DNA of 64,000 bases from Trypanosoma brucei. Taxonomy: Eukaryota. Numbering within the stretch: the stretch's first letter is position 1; each line of letters starts with the position of its first letter. This document shows, piece by piece, positions 54,794 to 64,000 of the stretch. A program made the position numbers and the translations under genes. The notes under the pieces are model-generated. The model was not told where the DNA came from, did not search any database, and saw only the letters and a list, made by a program, of their open reading frames with translations. The stretch spans positions 1,888,001 through 1,952,000 of the forward strand of contig CP000071.1 in assembly GCA_000002445.1 (NCBI GenBank), read 5' to 3'.

Positions 54794-55350
54794 TGTTTCA
54801 CGTGCAAGTATATTACTTATACCTTTTTGTCTTCATTCCAACAACATAGGAGGAAAGCAAAAGTGATATAAAGTAAAGTGGGAATGTTGGAGACAACAAA
54901 TACAGGTATGTATGTATTCATAAACATGTGCATATATTCACAATAAAATACCGGTGTAGTAATTTAGCCAAGGCACAAGCAAATACTAGCAGTAACTCCT
55001 CGTTGATATAATCATCAGGAGACACATGCGTATAAAAAAACCACACGCAAATCATATGGAATTGCAAGTAGTGCCAATAAGGAGCGACAGCGGTAAGGCG
55101 CCTGAGCATAACCACATATTTCATTACACCCAAACTTCTAGAAGGGAAATTATCCTCCTACGAGCTGGGCGATGACTACATGCCGGCTTAACACCAACCC
55201 AAGTAGAAACCTCCACATACACACACACACACACAAAGAGGGAAAACAAACCTGCACTGAACATCGTGTTGACATGTGGTAACAGCGACACACTTAGGGT
55301 GCCGGATGGGAAAAACACATCCCCGGATATAGATATATTTAAAAAAGAGA
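54794..55350. repeat. conserved upstream intergenic block of the membrane-protein array (copy A)
   Basis: Near-identical to 57432..57990 and 60136..60700 over about 550 bp. Contains a (CA)n tract and a duplicated 71-codon pseudo-ORF. Confidence 0.85.
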
Positions 55351-55646
55351 AATGAGGACATCACTTTTCGACAAGTCACATAATCTAAGGGTTGACAGTC
55401 CGTATCTTCTTCTGAGAGGAGCTTTTTTTTCCTTTTATTCCATATTGACAGGGAAAGTAAAAACATATCGATGTATTTACATGAAATGTCTCACCTTACA
55501 CAGACAAAGTATGATGACGACACGGACAGAAACTACTAATAAAGCAATAAAAATCAAATATATAACATGTAAACTCGGGAAAGTACACACAACAAGGATC
55601 GGAGTATTCCAAGGCATCCCATATAAAATAAACACATTCACTACCC

Positions 55647-57431
55647 TCATTCTCGAACGTATTCCTTATTCTCCCTCAAATCCCCTTCATCTTTTAGTTT
55701 GTTGCAACCTTCTGGATCACTCCAAATACAGGAACCACGAAGTAGTATATAGATGGACAGCGCAAACATCATACCACCCAAGAAAAGGGCAGCCGAAAGC
55801 ATCATCGCACTACCAAAGAAATCTCCACAGTGGGGCAGAGCTGTCAGCAAAGTATCAAATATGAAGTTGCATTCCAGTAGCGGGCGACCAATGGAAAGTG
55901 CAATACTTACATTAGTTGCTAATCCCGCAACGGTGACAAGTGTACCCGCCATACCTTTAGCTTCATCTCCCCTACATTTCTCTGCGCATTCTTGCAGAGT
56001 GCACGCCCTGCCATCACCTGGGCAAATCAGATAACCCCCCTTAACCTTTGTGTCACTAATGACAGCGGCAGTAAAACCAAAACTCGAACATTCAGTGGCA
56101 TCCTGAAGACCTTTTCCACATTTGAGCGGTTTATTGTTAGGACCAAGCGGCAGGCCTAGAAACTGAGAAGTTGTAGCGGGTATTAAATTCCCGCTGCCAG
56201 GAAAACGGGACTGCAACGCGTCGGCCCCAGCTGCACCAAGAGTAACATTGGCTTTATTACTGACGTTGCTGGTAACTCCGGGTATGTTGGGTCCAAATTT
56301 AGCTTCCAACTCCTTTTCGTTTTCAAAGTCCTCTGGTTTCATGTCGGGTGGGAGAGCCTTTGGGTCCAATCCGGGTGGGAGATTCCTTCCAAGAAGGGCA
56401 GCCACTCCTCCCACACCAGTTATATCACCGAGTTGTGATGTGTCATTATCACAGTACTCGAGAATTTTTGTACATGCCTTCTGCGACACATCCTTCTGGG
56501 CATTGAAAATCATCTCGTTAAGATTCGCAAAATTAAACTTTTCTTGACACATGGGTAAAGCATACAGCTGAATCAATCCCGGGCTCCGATCGTAGTGCAA
56601 AGCAACTTCACCACAGATAGTGCCGATGACGTACGACAACAGAATCATGAGAAAACCAAGCGCCATAAACAGGATTGCAAATAGCCAATATACACACGAG
56701 AGCAACCGCGGTAACCACTTGCTACAGCAGCGGAAGTAAGCGAACACAAACATGGGAACCATCACTAAAATCGCAAAAGTTCCGATGCAGAAGGAAACAG
56801 TGGGGATCCAGCGCATATACTGCTTGTAAGCTGCCCTCCCCTCATCAATATAACCCCTAGCAAGACCAAGAACACTATCTATCGTTTCGCGACTAATTCC
56901 CTCCTGTAACGACTGATTTTTACCCCAGTCAAACGCTAATTTAAGAATCTTATCTGCAGTACAGTCTAGGAAATTTATTGGATTTTCCACCGTTTTCATT
57001 ATGAGGGTAGTGGCAGCTGTCTCAAGCTGCCGGGCTCCAAAGAACACAAATGCAGCAACACCAAAAGCCCATATTGAAGCAAACATAATCCACATCCAAA
57101 GGCAGCAACGTTGTTCCTTACCTCCGTCCTTAGAGGAAGACTTGCAGCGGGAGGAACACAGGCATGTAAAGAACCAAGATATGGGGAAAGCAACTAATGT
57201 TGCCACGAGTAATAGAGCAGCCAAGGCTGGAACAAAAATATCCTCCCAATGAGATAAGATACGTTTCTTGTCCTTAATGCACGTAAGAGGGTCATTTTGA
57301 GCACTGGGCCCATCCCAGACATTGTCACAGTGAAGATTTGGAAACTTGGAATTTCCGCATTGCGTAACTGTTAACAACAGCACCAATAACACTGCAGCAT
57401 AGGAAGAGCTGCCAGTGGTAACGGAGGACAT
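55647..57431 (-). CDS. multi-pass membrane protein, tandem family copy 2 (594 aa)
   Basis: Same conserved N-terminus, about six hydrophobic segments, and Cys-rich extracellular loops (LKCGKGLQDATECSSFGFTAAVISDTKVKG...ALSIGRPLLECNFIFDTLLTALPHCGD). Confidence 0.85.
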   Translation of the reverse strand: MSSVTTGSSSYAAVLLVLLLTVTQCGNSKFPNLHCDNVWDGPSAQNDPLTCIKDKKRILSHWEDIFVPALAALLLVATLVAFPISWFFTCLCSSRCKSSSKDGGKEQRCCLWMWIMFASIWAFGVAAFVFFGARQLETAATTLIMKTVENPINFLDCTADKILKLAFDWGKNQSLQEGISRETIDSVLGLARGYIDEGRAAYKQYMRWIPTVSFCIGTFAILVMVPMFVFAYFRCCSKWLPRLLSCVYWLFAILFMALGFLMILLSYVIGTICGEVALHYDRSPGLIQLYALPMCQEKFNFANLNEMIFNAQKDVSQKACTKILEYCDNDTSQLGDITGVGGVAALLGRNLPPGLDPKALPPDMKPEDFENEKELEAKFGPNIPGVTSNVSNKANVTLGAAGADALQSRFPGSGNLIPATTSQFLGLPLGPNNKPLKCGKGLQDATECSSFGFTAAVISDTKVKGGYLICPGDGRACTLQECAEKCRGDEAKGMAGTLVTVAGLATNVSIALSIGRPLLECNFIFDTLLTALPHCGDFFGSAMMLSAALFLGGMMFALSIYILLRGSCIWSDPEGCNKLKDEGDLRENKEYVRE

Positions 57432-57990
57432 TGTTTCACGTGCAAGTATATTACTTATACCTTTTTGTCTTCATTCCAACAACATAGGAGGAAAGCAAAA
57501 GTGATATAAAGTAAAGTGGGAATGTTGGAGACAACAAATACAGGTATGTATGTATGTATTCATAAACATGTGCATATATTCACAATAAAATACCGGTGTA
57601 GTAATTTAGCCAAGGCACAAGCAAATACTAGCAGTAACTCCTCGTTGATATAATCATCAGGAGACACATGCGTATAAAAAAACCACACGCAAATCATATG
57701 GAATTGCAAGTAGTGCCAATAAGGAGCGACAGCGGTAAGGCGCCTGAGCATAACCACATATTTCATTAAACCCAAACTTCTAGAAGGGAAATTATCCTCC
57801 TACGAGCTGGGCGATGACTACATGCCGGCTTAACACCAACCCAAGTAGAAACCTCCACATACACACACACACACACACAAAGATGGAAAACAAACCTGCA
57901 CTGAACATCGTGTTGACATGTGGTAACAGCGACACACTTACAATGCGGTATGGAATAAAGGTATTGCCGAATATTTTTTAAAAAAAGAGA
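57432..57990. repeat. conserved upstream intergenic block (copy B)
   Basis: See copy A. Confidence 0.85.
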
Positions 57991-58287
57991 AAGCAGTAAA
58001 CAGGGAGCAATTATTTTATACCGCAACGCAATCGAAAAGTAGAAGGTTAACTCTTTCTTCTAGTTGAATTTTAGTCCTTTTTTTCCCGACACACTAATAG
58101 GTCGAGAAAAAAATAATTACGTCCGTATTTACATGAAATGTCTCACCTCACAATCGTCCCGTGAATGCGACGCAAGCAAAAACTATTAATAAAGCAATAA
58201 AAATTAAATATATGACGTGTAAACTCGGGAAAGTATACACAACCCGAATAACAGTACTCCGGGGTGTCCCATATAAAACAAACACGT

Positions 58288-60135
58288 TTACTGTTCTTCT
58301 TTCTTCCCATACCCTTCACAGTCATTGGTCTCTTCATGATTATTATTATTTTTTTTTCCGCAATCCTCTTCATCCTCATCCTCATACTCCTCTTCTTCGT
58401 CTTCATCTTGACTTTTCAAATTAGTCCAAATACAGGAACCACGAAGTAGTATATAGATGGACAGCGCAAACATCATACCACCCAGGAAAAATCCAACAGC
58501 AAGCATCATCGTGCTGCCAAAAATGTCGGCACAGTTAGGCAAAGCTGTCAGTACGGTATCAAATATGAAGTTGCATTCCAGTAGCGGACGACCAATGGAA
58601 AGTGCAATACTTACATTAGTTGCTAATCCTGCAATAGTAACAAGTTTATTTGCCATTTCCTTAGCTTCATTCCTTCCACAGCTAGTCGCACATTCTTGCA
58701 GAGTGCATGCCCTGCCAACCTCTGGGCAGACGAAAAGCTTCCCTTTAACCTTTGTGTCACTGATGACAGCAGCAGTAAAACCAAAACTCGAACATTCAGT
58801 GGCATTCTTAAGATCCTTTCCACATTTCAGGTACTTCTCAGATGAATGAGGTAATGCACGGTAAAGCTCAGAGAGTTTAGCGTGTGCTAGGTCCCCATTG
58901 CCTTCACGAGGGTACCGCAACCCACCAGTCCCAGCTGCAACGAGAGGGAAATCACGCCGGGTGTTAGGATTACCAGCGACTCCGGGTATGTTGGGTCCAA
59001 ATTTAGCTTCCAATTCTCTTTCGTTTTCAAAGTCCTCTGGTTTCAAGTTAGCTGGTAGAGATTTTGGGTCCAATCCGGGTGGGAGATTCCTTCCAAGAAG
59101 GGCAGCCACTCCTCCCACACCAGTTATATCACCGAGTTCAGATGCATCTCCATCACAGTACTCGAGAATTTGTTCACATGCCTTCTGCGACACATCCTTC
59201 TGGGCATTGAAAACCATCTCGTTAAGATTGGCAAAATTAAACTTTTCTTGACACATGGGTAAAGCATACCATTGAATCAATCCCGGGCTCCGATCGTAGT
59301 GCAAAGCAATTTCACCACAGATGGATCCAACAGCGTACGACAACAGAATCATGAGAAAACCAAGCGCCATAAACAGGATTGCAAATAGCCAATAAACACA
59401 CGAGAGCAACCGCGGTAACCACTTGCTACAGCAGTGAAAGTAAGCGAACACAAACATGGGAACGATCAAGGAAACCGCAAAAGTTCCGATGCAGAAAGAA
59501 ACAGTGGGAACCCAATGTACGTATTGTTCATAGGTTGCCCTCCCCTCCCGAACATAACCCCTAGCAAGACCAACAACACTATCTATCGTTTCGCGACTAA
59601 TTCCATTCTGTAACGGCCGCTTTGCACTCCAGTCATACGCTAAATCAAGAATCTTATCTGCAGTACAGTCTAGGAAATTTATTGGATTTTCCACCGTTTT
59701 CATTATGAGGGTAGTGGCAGCTGTCTCAAGCTGCCGGGCTCCAAAGAACACAAATGCAGCAACACCAAAAGCCCATATTAAAGCAAACATAATCCACATC
59801 CAAAGGCAGCAACGTTGTTCCTTACCTCCGTCCTTAGAGGAAGGCTTGCAACGGGAGGAACACAGGCATGTAAGAAAGCAAGATATGGGGAAAGCAACTA
59901 ATGTTGCCACGATAATGAAAGCAGCAGCAACCGGAAATGCAATCTTCTGCCATTGGCCTTTCATGAGATCTGCATCTTTCAGACACTTCATAATTTCATT
60001 TTGAGCACTGGGCCCATCCCAGACATTGTCACAGTGAAGATTTGGAAACTTGGAGTTTCCGCATTGCGTAACTGTTAACAACAGCACCAATAACACTGCA
60101 GCATAGAAAGAGCTGCCAGTGGTAACGGAGGACAT
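58288..60135 (-). CDS. multi-pass membrane protein, tandem family copy 3 (615 aa, acidic DE-rich tail)
   Basis: As above. The C-terminal tail reads DEDEEEEYEDEDEEDCGKKNNNNHEETNDCEGYGKKEEQ. Confidence 0.85.
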   Translation of the reverse strand: MSSVTTGSSFYAAVLLVLLLTVTQCGNSKFPNLHCDNVWDGPSAQNEIMKCLKDADLMKGQWQKIAFPVAAAFIIVATLVAFPISCFLTCLCSSRCKPSSKDGGKEQRCCLWMWIMFALIWAFGVAAFVFFGARQLETAATTLIMKTVENPINFLDCTADKILDLAYDWSAKRPLQNGISRETIDSVVGLARGYVREGRATYEQYVHWVPTVSFCIGTFAVSLIVPMFVFAYFHCCSKWLPRLLSCVYWLFAILFMALGFLMILLSYAVGSICGEIALHYDRSPGLIQWYALPMCQEKFNFANLNEMVFNAQKDVSQKACEQILEYCDGDASELGDITGVGGVAALLGRNLPPGLDPKSLPANLKPEDFENERELEAKFGPNIPGVAGNPNTRRDFPLVAAGTGGLRYPREGNGDLAHAKLSELYRALPHSSEKYLKCGKDLKNATECSSFGFTAAVISDTKVKGKLFVCPEVGRACTLQECATSCGRNEAKEMANKLVTIAGLATNVSIALSIGRPLLECNFIFDTVLTALPNCADIFGSTMMLAVGFFLGGMMFALSIYILLRGSCIWTNLKSQDEDEEEEYEDEDEEDCGKKNNNNHEETNDCEGYGKKEEQ

Positions 60136-60700
60136 TGTTTCACGTGCAAGTATATTACTTATACCTTTTTGTCTTCATTCCAACAACATAGGAGGAAAGC
60201 AAAAGTGATATAAAGTAAAGTGGGAATGTTGGAGACAACAAATACAGGTATGTATGTATTCATAAACATGTGCATATATTCACAATAAAATACCGGTGTA
60301 GTAATTTAGCCAAGGCACAAGCAAATACTAGCAGTAACTCCTCGTTGATATAATCATCAGGAGACACATGCGTATAAAAAAACCACACGCAAATCATATG
60401 GAATTGCAAGTAGTGCCAATAAGGAGCGACAGCGGTAAGGCGCCTGAGCATAACCACATATTTCATTACACCCAAACTTCTAGAAGGGAAATTATCCTCC
60501 TACGAGCTGGGCGATGACTACATGCCGGCTTAACACCAACCCAAGTAGAAACCTCCACATACACACACACACACACAAAGAGGGAAAACAAACCTGCACT
60601 GAACATCGTGTTGACATGTGGTAACAGCGACACACTTAGGGTGCCAGATGGGAAAAACACATCCCCGGATATAGATATATTTCTTAAAAGAGAAAGCAGT
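60136..60700. repeat. conserved upstream intergenic block (copy C)
   Basis: See copy A. Confidence 0.85.
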
Positions 60701-60979
60701 AAACAAGGAATTTTTTTCCACAGCTAATTTAGGGAGAAAAAGTCAATGTTTTCTTCCGACCGAAACATATATTCCCTTTTTACCCATACTGACAGGGAAA
60801 GTAAACACATATCTCTGTATTTACATGAAATGTCTCACCTCACAATCGTCCCGTGAATGCGACGCAAGCAAAAACTATTAATAAAGCAATAAAAATTAAA
60901 TATGTAACGTGTAAACTCGGGAAAGTACACACAACCCGAATAACAGTACTCCGGGGTGTCCCCCATCCAGTACACGCAA

Positions 60980-62764
60980 TTATTTCCTTGCAGGGCTTTT
61001 GTCAGACTCCCTTTTGTTCTCAGAGTCCTTCTCTTCATCTTCATCCCATCTTTTCAGATCACTCCAAACACAAGATCCACGAAGTAGTATATAGATGGAC
61101 AGCGCAAACATCATACCACCCAAGAAAAATCCAAGACCAAGCATCATCGTTCCCCAATACAAACCGTCACAGTTAGGCAGAGCAGTCAGTACGGTATCAA
61201 ATATGAAGTTGCATTCCAACAGCGGGCGACCAATCGAAAGCCCAATGCTTACATTAACTGCGAGTTGAGCAGCACCCACAAGTGTTTTTGCAATGTTTTG
61301 TGCGTCCGGAACTTTACACTTATCTGCACAAACTTGCAGACTGCAGGGTCTGCCACCATCCGGACAAACCATATAACCCCCCTTAACTTTTGTTCCACTG
61401 ATGACCGCGGCGGTGAAACCAAAGGTTGAACATTCTTCTTTGCTTCCAACCCCCTGGCCACATGTCAGCATCTTATTGCTAGGGCCAAATGGCAGTTGGG
61501 GGAACTGAGTCGCCTTGGCACCAATTACATCCCTCATGTTCCCCGGTAGTGAACCATCAGGGGGAACGCTGCCTTCATAGCGGCGTGGAATCTTCTCCTT
61601 ATCATTAACTCCTGGGATATGTGACTCCAATAAGCTGTCCAAACCCTTTTCGTCTTCAAAGTCCTCTGGTTTCACTCCAGGTGGGAGAGCCTTTGGGTCC
61701 AATCCGGGTGGGAGATTCCTTCCAAGAAGAGCAGCCAGCCCTCCTGTGCCGGTTTGATCACCGAGTTGTGATGTGTCATTATCACAGTACTTGAGAATTT
61801 CTTCACATGCCTTCTGCGACACATCCTTCTGGGCATCTAAAATCATTTTGTTAAGATTCGCAAAATTAAACTTTTCTTCACACATGGGTAAAGCATACCA
61901 TTGAATCAATCCCGGGCTCCGATCGTAGTGCAAAGTTATTTCCCCGCAGACGAGACCGAAGGCATACGCCAACAATAGAATTACTAAACCAAGCGCCGTA
62001 AACAGGATTGCAAATAGCCAATATACACACGAGAGCAACCGCGGTAACCACTTGCTACAGCAGCGGAAGTAAGCAAACATAAACATGGGAACCATCACTA
62101 AGACCGCAAAAGCTCCGATGCAGAAAGAAACAGTGGGAACCCAATGTACGTACTGATCGTAATACCCTTTCGCCATGGTAATGTAACTCCTCGCCATGTC
62201 AACGGTGCTATCTATTGTTTCCCGGCCAATTCCCTCCCGCAGTGGCTCTCCTGTCCTCCAGTCATACGCTAAACCAAGAATCTTATCCGCGGTACACCTG
62301 AGGGAATTCAGCGGTCTGTTAACCCGGTGAGATAGCAAATCGTCCAACGTTATCTTAAGCTGCTGTGCTCCAAATAAAACGAAGACAGCAACACCAAAAG
62401 CCCATATAAAAGCAAACGCAATCCACATCCAAAGGCAGCAACGTTGTTTCCTACCTCTGTCCTTAGAGGAAGGCTTGCAACAAGAGGAACACAGGCATGT
62501 GGAGAAAAAGGTCAGTGGAAAAATGACCACGATTAAGGCGAGAAGTAAACCAGCCAAAACTGGTAACAAAATATCCTCCCAATGAGATAAGATACGTGTC
62601 TTGTCCTTAATGCACGTAAGAGGGTCATTTTGAGCACTGCGTGTAGTCCACAATTTCTGGCAGCCGAGATTTGGAAACTTGGAATTTCCGCATTGCGTAA
62701 CTGTTAACAGCAGCACCAATAACACTGCAGCATAGGAAGAGCTGCCAGTGGTAACGGAGGACAT
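60980..62764 (-). CDS. multi-pass membrane protein, tandem family copy 4 (594 aa)
   Basis: As above, with family-specific substitutions in the loops. Confidence 0.85.
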   Translation of the reverse strand: MSSVTTGSSSYAAVLLVLLLTVTQCGNSKFPNLGCQKLWTTRSAQNDPLTCIKDKTRILSHWEDILLPVLAGLLLALIVVIFPLTFFSTCLCSSCCKPSSKDRGRKQRCCLWMWIAFAFIWAFGVAVFVLFGAQQLKITLDDLLSHRVNRPLNSLRCTADKILGLAYDWRTGEPLREGIGRETIDSTVDMARSYITMAKGYYDQYVHWVPTVSFCIGAFAVLVMVPMFMFAYFRCCSKWLPRLLSCVYWLFAILFTALGLVILLLAYAFGLVCGEITLHYDRSPGLIQWYALPMCEEKFNFANLNKMILDAQKDVSQKACEEILKYCDNDTSQLGDQTGTGGLAALLGRNLPPGLDPKALPPGVKPEDFEDEKGLDSLLESHIPGVNDKEKIPRRYEGSVPPDGSLPGNMRDVIGAKATQFPQLPFGPSNKMLTCGQGVGSKEECSTFGFTAAVISGTKVKGGYMVCPDGGRPCSLQVCADKCKVPDAQNIAKTLVGAAQLAVNVSIGLSIGRPLLECNFIFDTVLTALPNCDGLYWGTMMLGLGFFLGGMMFALSIYILLRGSCVWSDLKRWDEDEEKDSENKRESDKSPARK

Positions 62765-62970
62765 TGTTTCACGTGCAAGTATATTACTTATACCTTTTTG
62801 TCTTCATTCCAACAACATAGGAGGAAAGCAAAAGTGATATAAAGTAAAGTGAGAATGTTGGAGACAACAAATACAGGTATGTATGTATTCATAAACATGT
62901 GCATATATTCAATAAAATACCGGTGTAGCAATTTAGCCAAGGCACAAGCAAATGCTAGCAGTAACTCCTC
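62765..62970. repeat. truncated copy of the conserved intergenic block (first ~200 bp only), marking the array boundary
   Basis: Identity to blocks A to C ends near 62970, where the 3' end of the ERCC4-nuclease gene begins. Confidence 0.7.
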
Positions 62971-63992
62971 GTCAATATAAATTTTGTTAGACACAAATAT
63001 ACTTCTTTTTGTGGCTTCGTCAGGCGATGTATATCTGGGTCAGCGTCGCAGGCATCTACTCCTTGGTATTTCAGCCGGCGCCACAGCCCCAACAGAGAAC
63101 CATACTTCGACGCGAGCTGAATTGCCAGAGGTGCAGAGCAACCCCTTATACACATAAGCATGCGGGGAAATGTAGTCCGAGCCTGGATATCCTTTCTTAT
63201 TTTGTTGATGTATTGTAGGCATTCAGTGCAGTTAGTTACCAACGTTTCTGGGCATTGTTCCATTTTAGTTTTGCACAGTATTGAGCCTACTGACTTCCCA
63301 AGGCTACGGAGAAAGGTGGCTGTTTCAGACAAATGACGTGTCCACACGACACGGAAACGTGGAAGAGACGCAAGCGAGGCACAAGCAGAAAGAACCCGCC
63401 GTCGCTCCTCAACCGTGATGGACTCCATTGTTCCCTCCACAACCCACACAACAGAACGGAAAGGGGACGATGACAGCAGTTGCCGCTGCTCGTAGTAACG
63501 TGAAGAGGTAATGCTGGCACAAAGATCCTTTACTGTTTTCCTTTCCACCACAAGGAATGAGATTTTTTGCGTCTGTCCGTACATTGCCCCTTCACGAAGA
63601 ACAGTGCAACCGGCAGCGTTGCGGCATTGATAATCCGGCACGTTCGCCGAGTTTGCTGAGCACCCAACATTAGGTGAATTGATTCCTATCATAAAGTCTC
63701 CGCACGGGAGGGTGCATGAAACACTAGGCGCGCCGGCGCGGGAACATACTTCGATTAGGTTTTCGTGTGCACCCTTGATGCGTTCGCGGTTATCAACGAG
63801 AAGGTGCCAAGAATAGTTGTTGGAGCAACCCTCTTCTTTAGGCGTCTCGTTTTCATCAGCATCTATATCAGTAGTATTTGTCGGCATGCTGGGTGTTGAA
63901 TGCACCAGCTTCCTTTCCCTCTGCTGGGAGGCAACAAACTCCTTTGGAGTTCCTAGAAGTCGGCCCTGTGGTTCTGACCCTCCTTCCGCCAA
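62955..63992 (-). CDS. ERCC4-domain structure-specific endonuclease (MUS81-like), C-terminal ~345 codons; gene continues past the window end
   Basis: ERCC4 nuclease motifs are LLVDNRER (V-D-x-R-E), LPCGDFMIG (GDF/Y) and VVERKTVKDLCASI (ERK..DL). The frame is still open at 64000. Confidence 0.55.
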   Translation of the reverse strand: MAEGGSEPQGRLLGTPKEFVASQQRERKLVHSTPSMPTNTTDIDADENETPKEEGCSNNYSWHLLVDNRERIKGAHENLIEVCSRAGAPSVSCTLPCGDFMIGINSPNVGCSANSANVPDYQCRNAAGCTVLREGAMYGQTQKISFLVVERKTVKDLCASITSSRYYEQRQLLSSSPFRSVVWVVEGTMESITVEERRRVLSACASLASLPRFRVVWTRHLSETATFLRSLGKSVGSILCKTKMEQCPETLVTNCTECLQYINKIRKDIQARTTFPRMLMCIRGCSAPLAIQLASKYGSLLGLWRRLKYQGVDACDADPDIHRLTKPQKEVYLCLTKFILTRSYC

Positions 63993-64000
63993 CGAAGTAG

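Noticed and set aside
54918-55133. A 71-aa ORF (MGVMKYVVMLRRL...) recurring at 57560..57775 and 60260..60475
   Set aside because: It recurs only because it lies inside the repeated intergenic block of the array. It sits in upstream/UTR sequence and there is no independent coding evidence.
1-64000. CRISPR arrays, IS elements, operons
   Set aside because: The sequence is eukaryotic (kinetoplastid). No repeat-spacer arrays or transposase ORFs were seen.

Overview
The window looks like a kinetoplastid (Trypanosoma-like) nuclear chromosome segment organised as polycistronic strand blocks. Supporting signs are intron-less ORFs, long AT-rich microsatellite-filled spacers, polypyrimidine tracts, a (TTAGGG)3 tract and a Pol III tRNA cluster. 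A short plus-strand block (1..7327) carries the 5'-truncated C-terminal part of a TFIIH p44/SSL1-like zinc-finger protein, a hypothetical protein, a SpoU/TrmH RNA methyltransferase, a five-gene tRNA cluster (Ile, Leu, Gln, Gln, Ile) and a C2H2 zinc-finger gene interrupted by an in-frame TAG. About 7330..10760 (possibly to 14200) is a gene-poor AT-rich convergent strand-switch region. The rest of the window is one long minus-strand block. In order it encodes SDH flavoprotein, two paralogous metaxin/FAXC-like GST-fold proteins, a hypothetical protein, a rhomboid-like UBA protein, a fatty acyl-CoA reductase, a Q-rich double-RRM protein, an LRR protein, another hypothetical protein, AP-3 sigma, a 1548-aa RecQ helicase, a four-copy tandem array of diverging multi-pass membrane proteins, and the 3' part of an ERCC4 (MUS81-like) nuclease cut by the window edge. 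The supplied ORF track appears to allow non-ATG starts, so I re-set several starts to the first ATG. The gene order (TFIIH p44 ... SDH1 ... RecQ) matches my recollection of a T. brucei chromosome 8 neighbourhood, but this is from memory and unverified. The points most worth follow-up are the palindromic divergent tRNA-Gln pair, the zinc-finger gene with an internal stop, the interstitial telomeric repeat, and the membrane-protein array whose flanks are better conserved than its coding loops.
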